Assembly: GCA_951406725.2 (NCBI GenBank)
Contig: OX597823.1
Coordinates: 97,836,001 to 97,900,000 of the forward strand
DNA: 64,000 bases
From: Octopus vulgaris
Lineage: Eukaryota
Direction: 5' to 3'
The translations under genes and the position numbers were made by a program. Under the pieces are notes generated by a model. It saw only the letters and a program-made list of their open reading frames with translations. It had not been told where the DNA came from and made no database searches. The first letter of the stretch is position 1, and each line of letters begins with the position of its first letter. Shown in pieces: positions 1 to 9,914 of this stretch.

Positions 1-309
<309 letters not shown>

Positions 310-471
310 GCATGCATTTCATTAAATCCGGTTTGAAAATATATGATAATCGAAAAGTTAGAAATATTTTCTATTTTTAAAAATATATTTTCCGGGATAA
401 AACATTATCTCACCTAAAACTGTTGGAAAACAAGGCAACAATACGAAGAAAACGTAATTATACAGTGCGTG

Positions 472-508
<37 letters not shown>

Positions 509-1086
509 GTTCTCTCAGTCCGCCCCTTCACCTTGCTAGAGATCTATACGTTAATGTTATGTTAAAGTGGAGCCAATATGCTGCATTTTAATGGAGATTA
601 ATCCTTTACCAAGCAATTGCAATGGTTTGTTGCATTACTCTATGAATTTTGATGGCATCGCCTTTCTGTGAGAAGACAAACAAATAAAAACGAACACGCT
701 CGAAAAGAACTGTTGTCGTTTGGAATCAAGCGGACATCTTGTCTTTCGGTTGGAATCGAATTAGATAATTGCCGAAGAAATTGTATGAAAGACCATAAGC
801 GCAACAAAACCAACTGTTCTTCTCGCAAACACGAATCCTATTCTAGGCAGGTGTTAGAAAGATTGAAGATAATAAAACAGAACTGGGTGAAACGGGAGTG
901 AAGGGAAGATTAGCGACATTACTAAGGAATCAAAAACAATATGAGACGAACATAAGTTAAATTTGATATTTTATTTCCTTTTCTAGTAAGATAAATAACA
1001 TATTCCAGAATTCCAGAACGGAGGTCTTCCGACCGTGCTTGCATTTCAGGAAATTCCAAATGGCCTATTAGAACCTACAGGATAAC

Positions 1087-1147
1087 AGGGTCTGATGATA
1101 CGCCGTAAAGCTGAGCGTTTTATGGACGTGAAACCAAAGGTAATCCC
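1087..1147 (+). ncRNA. Type I minimal hammerhead ribozyme
   Basis: GGGT-CTGATGA(1092-1098)-stem II (acgccgtaaag/ttttatggacgt)-GAAA(1130-1133)-CC AAA GG-TA-ATCC; short stem I and one extra T after the core. Confidence 0.6.
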
Positions 1148-1189
1148 ATAAATCGGCCTAGTCTAACTTTGTTATATATATATGTATAT

Positions 1190-1805
1190 ATATCTATACA
1201 ATAATATGTTACATTACTCGATAGTCAAGATAAAACTCTGAGTTTCAGATGCCGAAGTGGGAATCCACAACACCATCTCTTCGGTTATCTGGCTATTTGA
1301 AAATGCTATGAAAAAATACCGTTATATAAAGGGAAATTACTCTGTTATAACTCTGCTTGCCTGCGTACTTATACATAGCTCGCATTTTTCGTCATAAAAA
1401 TTATATAAAAATACATAAAAAATATATAAAAAATATATAAAAATATATAAAATCTTCTTGGGATATAACATAGAAAGCATGTTCTATCTGTTTTCTTTAG
1501 GGGACCAAAAACGTAACAAAAATTTAGTCACATGTGGGCATGATCCGAAAAGCTCTGTCCTTGTGTTTAGACATGTAGTAGGGTCTAAGCTGCTTTTCCA
1601 GATAAGCCATCTCTCCATGTCGCATAGACCGCACCTTCCGCTGCCGTTGGTATAGGGCTTACATCTGGCCAAAATCTTCCAATATATGTTATAATCGACA
1701 CCTTTATCTCTTAAAGAGATGGTGTTGTGGATTCCCACTTCGGCATCTGAAACTCAGAGTTTTATCTTGACTATCGAGTAATGTAACATATTATTGTATA
1801 GATAA
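1190..1805 (-). mobile_element. Penelope-like element 3' fragment (GIY-YIG endonuclease C-terminus) between inverted ~90 bp repeats
   Basis: ORF 1484-1738 YNIYWKILARCKPY...CGLCDMERWLI...LNTRTE...CPH matches the C-terminal pattern of PLE endonucleases; ~1190-1280 is an inverted copy of ~1716-1804. Confidence 0.7.
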
Positions 1806-2204
1806 ATTTCCTCTATTTACATAATATTGAGGTCTCTTTCCTTCTTTTGTTATCTTACCGTTTTATCAATATGTGTATATATATTTTTTTTTCTAGTTTC
1901 AGCTCATATATATATAATTAATTAATTAATTAATTAATAATTAATAATTCCACCAAGTAGTATTCGGCATGTTAAAAGGACCATTATCGGTAAACTTAAA
2001 CAATATTTTTTATAATTATAAGTATAATTATAATTAGGGTTCAGCAAAAAAAGTTTGCTTCGCCACATAACGAAATTTAGAAATAGCAGCCAAAGAAACT
2101 AGCTATTTTTTCTACTGTAAGAAAAACTCCCAGATAACATATACTCAAAAACAATTCACGTAGGCAAAGAGAAAAAACAACGAAATTCACTCGGCATTTG
2201 ATTA

Positions 2205-2290
2205 ACTGTGGACGCGTTTCGGAGTTAGATGGAAATGAAAAATACAAAAATCGCATTTCCATTCCAATCATTCTCGCTCTTCAGCACAGT
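2205..2290 (-). ncRNA. Type I hammerhead ribozyme (GUC cleavage site)
   Basis: Minus strand: ACTGTG-CTGAAGA-stem II (atggaaatg/catttccat, G-C closing pair)-GAAA-CGCG-TC-CACAGT; perfect 6 bp stem I and palindromic stem III. Confidence 0.85.
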
Positions 2291-2559
2291 ATTTCAGGAT
2301 TTTCAATTTTTCTGTAGAATTTTCAATTTTTCTGTAGAATTTTTACTCGACAACAATCGTGGGTAGGTGACGAGCAATACGAAACCTCATTCGTATGTTT
2401 TGAATTCGTTGGTACTGGTCATTGGATATAGTTTGTCTGATGTTACTTGAATCGGATAGATATGTTCAATTTTTTCAGTGCTCTCATCTTTTGGTTCGTA
2501 AAGAAAATTATGGGAAGGCTTGGTTCTCCCATTCACCAAGTAATGCAGGAAATTGGCTT

Positions 2560-3200
2560 ATCTATGAGCCAACACAAAAGCAATAAACTTAAAGCGAAGA
2601 CCTTAGCATGTCCCAGCAGATAGACTAGAATTTACATCAATGGTGTCTAACAACAACATAATAAATGTCTATCATTTCTTCATTCAAATGTTCCCCTAGG
2701 TTTTGGGAGTTTCAATAATTTGATACGTCATTCGTGTGAGACTGAACCAAACGCTTTTTTTTTTTATCAATCTATGCATATGAAAATTACTTTTTGCATA
2801 GTTATACTTCATCCATTACTAACACCTTAATAAAGAACTGGTCATTTTCACTTTGTCATAAACCCTTCTGTCCAACAGAAATTAAACTGTTCTTTCGCAA
2901 ATGCTCAATCATTCCACTGAGAGCTGGATAAAGCGCTGTTTATAAAGGAAGGACAGACAAGCGACAAGGTCTTTTCTTGAAGTCGTTGTCCTCCAAATAA
3001 GAAACCAACTAGTTACTTGTCCCAAGTGGCTAACCTACAGTGACATATAATATACAGTGTATTTCAATGGTGTGGGTTTTCTCACCATTACGCCTCCATT
3101 CGATCTACACCGCTTTTGCATTTCAATTTACAACGATGTGTAGGGCAACGTCAATGGCAAGTTACGAATTGAAGACCTGACATCATAATTAATTCGGTAA
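2560..3200 (-). mobile_element. Highly degraded Tc1/mariner-like transposase remnant
   Basis: Minus-strand fragment ENDQFFIKVLVMDE resembles the first catalytic-D motif; many stops. Confidence 0.3.
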
Positions 3201-3734
3201 TGGTGATATCTTATTTATTTGTATTTTGTTTAGTAGGTGGTGGTCCTATTTTCGTTTTTATTTTTATAAGAAGTTCTTCGGGGTTGTTTTTGTCTCGTTA
3301 GAGGAGCAGTCTGCTATTTACATTTGATAGTAAAACAATGGGAAAGCTTCTGACAAGCTTAGACCACAATATGACTTCAGTTACACACGCCTGTACGCAT
3401 CGTACCACTTCACTTTATTTCATTCACACCACTAATACTCGTGGAAAAAACATGAACTCCATAACTCCCTACATCTCAGTAGCCCTTATACTGTATCGGG
3501 ACGATAGCAATGTTTTCATTTGAATAAATTGCCTCAAAACCAAACTGAATATTTCATCGTTATTTTTTTACTCTGATTTTTCTTTCGTTTATTTTTGTCT
3601 TTTTTATTATATATTTCTTGGAACTAACTTAATCAACAATGTGGATAATAATATTTAATATATATGCAGTTTATCTAATGGCTTGTCACTCATGATATCT
3701 AAGCAGCAGTTGTGTTTTCACATTCTGTATTAAC

Positions 3735-3750
3735 ATCATCTTTAAAATCA

Positions 3751-3835
<85 letters not shown>

Positions 3836-3899
3836 CATCATTATTATTATTATTATCATTATTAATATTATTATCATTATTATTATTATTATTATCATT

Positions 3900-3964
<65 letters not shown>
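3735..3964. repeat. (ATT/ATC)n trinucleotide microsatellite
   Basis: Directly visible; explains the poly-N/I/L ORFs. Confidence 0.97.
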
Positions 3965-3965
<1 letters not shown>

Positions 3966-4123
3966 TCTCAATCAGCACGTATTTTCTGTGTGTGTGTGTA
4001 CTATCAAACATGATTGAAGCGGTTATTAATTGGTCAACAGACAATAAGACGTATAGAACGATTCTAATCTAATTTATCATCAAAATCATCACCCCATACA
4101 CATACACACCTCCCTCTTCCTCT

Positions 4124-4165
<42 letters not shown>

Positions 4166-4287
4166 CACACACACACACGCACACACAGAGAAGAAAAGAG
4201 AGTTGTGGAAGATTATCTATGTATGTATGTATGTATATATTGATGCATTTACCCATGTATGAATGTGTATGTATGTATGTATGTATG

Positions 4288-4318
<31 letters not shown>

Positions 4319-4929
4319 CACTAATTAAAGGAATTCAAATAAGTACTAATAATATGTATTCTAACCAACTATTAAGCTAAGAAATAGAACAATGCACCAA
4401 TACACCGTAGCAAATACATCAAGCAACACCGACAAATATGCATAAACCACACATATAAACTGTATAGCAAAAATCAAATATATACCTATGGAATAGCTAT
4501 ATATTTGATTCTGTGGTGTTATGAACAGGCTTTGTAGGGAAGGATCGGAAGTGAGGGAGTAGGCACTGACATAGTGTCTTTACGACCATTAAGGTCTATC
4601 GGGAAAACTTTATCCGTGCGTGAAAGAAAACGGAAAGACCTGCATACGGTGCTGTTAACGGAGGTTTAACAACATCGTTGCGCACAAAAACGTGAGTCCA
4701 AGAAGTAAAGCTTCCTTCAAGGCAGAACTAGAAATGCAATTATCGAGTAGGTAAGAGGTTTAAATTGGTAAAACTAAAAATTGTCGAGGATAAATTAAAT
4801 TTATTATTGTTACTGAACGGTTTTGCTGCCGTTTGTTTATGTAGTTTGATTTCTTTAATCATCCGTTTCTACTAAGATAGAAACGCGAGTAAAATTAATA
4901 ATAAGGAAACGAAAATAGAACTTTGGAAA

Positions 4930-5228
4930 CAGCAGCTTTACGTGGTAACTATGAGCGTGCTTTCAAGAGAGATAATCAGAGAAAGACTTGAAGGTCAACG
5001 TAAAATCGTAATACTTCATGTAAAGTAAATATAACAAATTATCTAGAATCCTTGTCCGGTACCGGATCGATCCCAAAATCTAATTAGTTCGTACCAGTCA
5101 CGAGACCAAACATCCCTGAAAGTTTCATCCAAATCCATTCAACGGTTTTTGATATATATTGTCCACGGACAAACAAACAAACATGACTGAAAACAATACC
5201 TCCGCCTTCGCTAAGGCTGAGGTAATAA
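4930..5228 (-). mobile_element. Helentron-associated (HINE/DINE-1-like) non-autonomous element
   Basis: Minus-strand start TTATTACCTCAGCCTTAGCGAAGGCGGAGGTATTG is a subterminal hairpin, followed by (GTTT)n; 3' boundary approximate. Confidence 0.5.
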
Positions 5229-5678
5229 TTGCACACACGCGCATGCATGTATACACATATTAAATGGTATCGGACATTTCTTGTAACGAATAAAATAAAA
5301 TAAAATGTTTAAGTCCTGCACTTTCCTCCAGAAGCACGAGATGGCATCTCAAGCAAGTGCAAAATATATCTTTAGAATTCCTTGCTAAGGTTTTAGCGAA
5401 ATCTAGAGACTGGCGGAACAAACGGGGTTGGGTCACATATTTTTAACGGTTGTAAAGGCGGATGATGTCTGCAACAATATATTACTCTCAGTCATCTTAA
5501 AGTGTTTGCCATTGAACAAAGCGTCTCAAAGTCGGTTTCTCAAACCCAGGCATCACTCAGATTGTAAATACTCTGATTCGTCCACTTTTCTGTAATATTG
5601 ACAGCTTCTCGAATTTCTCAATTTTTGCAGGATGTTTCCTTCTCTTGCGCCAAGTCTGCATTCTTTTTTATATGTTTA

Positions 5679-7277
5679 CTAGCATTATGACCCGTAGTTG
5701 TCGGGTCATAGTGCGAGTGCATGTATATATGTGTATATATATATATATATGTATATATATGTGTGTGTGTGTACATATTACATGTACTTCTATATATATA
5801 CATCTACACATAAAATACAAAATACAAATTATATCTTGATATCGCTAGTGATAACAATACTCAAAATATATAACAGACTGGAATTGTAGGCCCGTCTCTT
5901 GCAATTTCGATCAATTGTATCTTGTCCTCCCTCTTGTATAGAAGTGTGGCTACAATCCAGCCTACCTCTACTTCTGGGGGGACATTTTTAATTTTTATCC
6001 GGGACGTCCTACGTCCCAAATATAAAGGTAAAAATAAAATATTTCCATTTTGCAAGGTTCGAGTCGAGTATTCCCTTGCACGCTCCGTTGACTCGAACCT
6101 TGCTTCTATTGTGGCGAATTTACCGCCTCTGGTTAGATATCTTTCATAGTCGCACCAAGAAACTTTTCGATGGTGCTTTCCTCCAGGAGTTCAAATCTTT
6201 GTATAGACAATAGTCTTTTCTTTAATTTAATTTTTTATTTCGTTTGGTGGTGTTATCCTAGATTCACCGTCTTTGTCGGTGATCAATCCGAAATAGGTTT
6301 GTATTTCTTCCATTTTAATTTTAATGAGTTCGCGTCCGCCGACGGCTGCAGCGAAATTCATTTTTGGACTTTCTTTCCTCGAAGGCATTATAACAAAAAT
6401 GCTTCCGTATAAACGGTGAAAATATTGTCAATTTTCCCAAACAGGGACACAATTCAACTTTTAAACAATAACCAAAGCTCCTTCTCCCAAAGGAGGAGGG
6501 TTACAGTTTACAATTATTTAACAAATGCAACACAACAACGTTTCCCTTACGAGGAACCAACAAACGTGATAACAATAGTTAAACAGTAATAATAATAACA
6601 ACAAGCCTTACGGTAAATCAAAAAGCAGTACGCAGTTGAAGCTATAGTCCTTTATGCATAAGAAATAAACCAACAGCAGTACTCAGTAGAAGCGGCTGTT
6701 CGAGAAAACAGACATTACATACAGCCAAACTTCATATAGATACTTAATGCTAGCTAATTAGCAGATAATCTAATGTAAAAGCCGTGGTAAACGGTATGTG
6801 CACAGATCCATCTGGACTATTCCATTTCTGCACACTAATTTTATTTTTAATTTATTCCTATTCATGTGAAACCACTTAAGTCATTGATGTAATTTTATAC
6901 CAATTGCTATTTTTAGTTTTGTTATGTTACAATTATATTACACTTTAGTTTGATTTTAATTATTACTTACTACATATAATTGAATTGTTATTATTATCTC
7001 TAATTTTTATTGTTAAAGTGAAAGTATCTGACATAAAATAGAGAAATGTCTTTGTTTCACTTTTAACACGTAATACTGAAATAGTGGAGAAGATATGATA
7101 TTGCTTTGGGCTCGTCCTAGGCAAGAAGTTGAACATTTTTTTTGCCGATGACACTCCCCGGACTCTAAGTAAGGCATGTATAAAATTTGAATAATATTGG
7201 TTGTGTAGTTCTCAAATTTTAGGGAAACAGACATACAGACAGACAGACAGACATTCTCAGTTTTATATATAGAGAGA
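5679..7277 (-). mobile_element. Non-autonomous Helitron (1.6 kb) with internal LINE ORF1-like fragment
   Basis: Minus strand: A|TCTCTCTATATATAAAACTGAG at the 5' end; 3' hairpin (tatgacccg...cgggtcata) followed by CTAG|T. Confidence 0.7.
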
Positions 7278-7489
7278 TGACAAATAGCTAACTTGCATCT
7301 GTCAACACCCAAATCCCATGTAAACGTAAATTTAACGTATGATGATATGAATAATTTAGGTTTGTAACATTATTTCTTGATTGTTTCGAAATTATTTCTC
7401 TTCCTTCTTTAAGCATTGCTAAAAAAAGAAAACTTAGCGGTGCTAGGGTTTTTTTTCTTTCTTTCTCCGACTAAAATCGTTAAATTACC

Positions 7490-7722
7490 TATCTCTTTAC
7501 TGCCCACAAGGGGCTAGACATAGAGGGGACAAACAAGGATAGGCAAAGGGATTAAGTCGATTATATCGACCCCAGTGCGTAACTGGTACTTAATTTATCG
7601 ACCCCGAAAGGATGTAAGGCAAAGTCTTCCTCGGATGAATTTGAGCTCAGAACGCAACGGCAGACGAAATACCGCCAAGCATTTCGCCCGGCGTGCTAAC
7701 GTTTCTGCCAGCTCGACGCCTT
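7490..7722 (-). mobile_element. tRNA-derived SINE, full length, 16 bp TSD
   Basis: Head GGCGTCGAGCTGGCAGAAACGTTAGCACG; AAATCGTTAAATTACC duplicated at 7474-7489 and 7723-7738. Confidence 0.85.
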
Positions 7723-8251
7723 AAATCGTTAAATTACCGTTGCTTAATACTCCAAAATCACGACATTTAGCCCATCTGAGTTGTTTCCCTTGGCACATTT
7801 TATTTCTTGTAACTTAGGCAATCTGTATTTGGAACGCAGATGGCCGGATAAGCAGAGAGACCGGCAGGCAGACTTCAGACATACGGACAGACAGATTAGC
7901 AATATGGTTAGAGCGACGGATATTTACTCCGGATATCTTCGTTCTAATTACAAATCCTGCCTAAGTTCTGCCTTTCATCCATTTAGAGTAGATAAAATTA
8001 ATTCTAGTCTCATACATTGACTGGCGAAATGGATAAGCATTGAACGGGAAACTTTACACTACCTGTTCCCATTCTTTGCGTTCCAAGTTCAAATCCTGCC
8101 GTGGTCTATTTGCACACTATAATATCATCACTTTAAACCAACCTGCTGCAAACATTCGAGCTAGGTTTCCAGTTTAAGGATCCCGACTTTGCCAAGGGTC
8201 CAAAAATGATCCTGCGTACTGCTCCCTTTCCTTTTGATTGAGATTGAGATG

Positions 8252-8289
<38 letters not shown>

Positions 8290-8471
8290 TGTGGGGGGGG
8301 GTCCGCGCGCGCGCACACGCGCTGACGAAAGTTTTTGACATCGGCGAGAGAATTGCTAATAAATCGCTGCGTCAAACACAGAAACCTTATAGTAGTCATA
8401 CCCGAGTTTCACAATCACTTCAAATGGTTTGAAATAGTTAATGATCTGTTAAAAAAAGACTAACGATGATA

Positions 8472-8866
8472 TCTTTATATATAAAACTGAAGTTGTGTGT
8501 CTGTCTCCTACGATTTAGATTCCTAACTACTCCTACATTTTGCGGTGCAATTTAACCAAAAGCGGGTATCTTATAGTCGTGATTCATATCGAGCCCTTCT
8601 GGGTATTAGCGCGCGTCTACAATGAGTCTACGATTTTTTAAAAAAATTTGTCATCATTTTTTCCCATTTTTAATGCATTTTTTGCTATTATATAAGGGAA
8701 GTAACTCTCTAAAAATGTATTATTAAATCTCAGAACGTAAAAAGCTACAGTAACACCCCCCTTTGTGGTTAGCCATATTGAGATGGCTATTATACTTTAC
8801 ATCTCTAAAAATGCTTATATAGTTATTTCCCTTACAAACCCGAGCAACGCCGGGTGATACTGCTAG
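8472..8866 (+). mobile_element. Non-autonomous Helitron
   Basis: A|TC start, CCCGAGCAACGCCGGG hairpin, CTAG|T end, no TSD; empty site present in the paralogous segment at ~24915-24930; close copy at 35227-35618. Confidence 0.9.
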
Positions 8867-8974
8867 TTGTTCATAAAACGCATGTTAGAATATTTTACTC
8901 ACTTTTTATAAACTGATGTCTATGGATGCAGAATATATTCGTTTACACAAGTTGTACAGTATGAACAGCTATAA

Positions 8975-9585
8975 GCTTTCTACTTTTGGCACAAGGCCTC
9001 AAATTTGTGGGGAGGGGACTAGTAGATCTCATCGAGCCCAGTGTTTCACTGGTACTTATTTAATCGAGCCCGAAAGGATGAAAGGCAAAGTCGACCTCGC
9101 CGGAATTCGAACTCAGAACGTAAAGACAGACGAAATACCTATTTCTTTACTACCCACAAGAGGCTAAACACAGAAGGGACAGACAAACGGATTAAGTCGA
9201 TTATATCGACCCCCAGTGCGTAATTGGTACTTAATTTATCGACCCCGAAAGGATGAAAGGCAAAGTCGACCTCGCCGGAATTCGAACTCAGAACATAAAG
9301 ACAGACGAAATACCTATTTCTTTACTACCCACAAGAGGCTAAACACAGAAGGTACAGACAAACGGATTAAGTCGATTACATCGACCCCCAGTGCGTAATT
9401 GGTACTTAATTTATCGACTCCGAAAGGATGAAAGGCAAAGTCGACCTCAGCGAAATTTGAACTCAGAACGCAGCGACAGACGAAATATGACTACGCATTT
9501 CGCCCGGCGTGCTAACATGTCTGCCAGCTCGCCGCCTTAAACTATTTTGTCCGGTGTGCTAACGATTCTGCCAACTCGCCGCCTT
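8975..9585 (-). mobile_element. Tandem array of about 3 SINE units (~175 bp period)
   Basis: GGATGAAAGGCAAAGTCGACCTC recurs at ~9077, 9251 and 9427. Confidence 0.85.
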
Positions 9586-9699
9586 TCCTTAATTTACGTG
9601 ATAAAGTAATTGGTTGATCGTAATCAAAATTCAGAGTTGCATCGATACACCAAAATTGAAAGCAATATGAGCTAAATTAAAGTGGTGGGGGTTATTTTG

Positions 9700-9890
9700 C
9701 GAATGAAAAGACGAGATCCGAGAGCGATTGGGAGAGAGTTAACCGAAATTTATTGAAATTAGTGCGCTACCCGGAACTTTCATGAGCAGATAATATTTGA
9801 TAGAACACCCTAGTCTACCGTTGTTCATGTTATTTTCGTTTAGACAAGAAGTTCGGTATCTTAAATTTGAAAAACTTGAGATTTATCATT
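9700..9890 (+). promoter_or_regulatory. Putative APEX1 promoter/5' UTR
   Basis: Unique sequence just upstream of ATG 9891 with an ETS-like CCGGAA (~9771); retained in the duplicated copy at ~25050-25184. Confidence 0.5.
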
Positions 9891-9914
9891 ATGTCTGAAG
9901 CAAGCAAACGAAAG
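9891..9914 (+). CDS. APEX1: APEX1 exon 1 ([11 protein letters not shown]-like)
   Basis: ATG...AAG|GTTGTG; phase 0 joins exon 2; short, so less certain than the catalytic exons. Confidence 0.7.

Noticed and set aside
3686-4017. Poly-M/I, poly-N/D and poly-L/S ORFs
   Set aside because: Translations of an (ATT/ATC)n microsatellite
4540-4756. Possible upstream non-coding exon (CGGAAGT motif, AG|GTAAGA donor)
   Set aside because: No acceptor or ORF link to APEX1 can be shown from the sequence alone
5300-5660. Degraded coding-like frame on the minus strand
   Set aside because: Multiple stops and no motif I can assign
8975-9585. CRISPR-like array
   Set aside because: Units are whole ~175 bp SINE bodies without unique spacers; eukaryotic context, no cas genes
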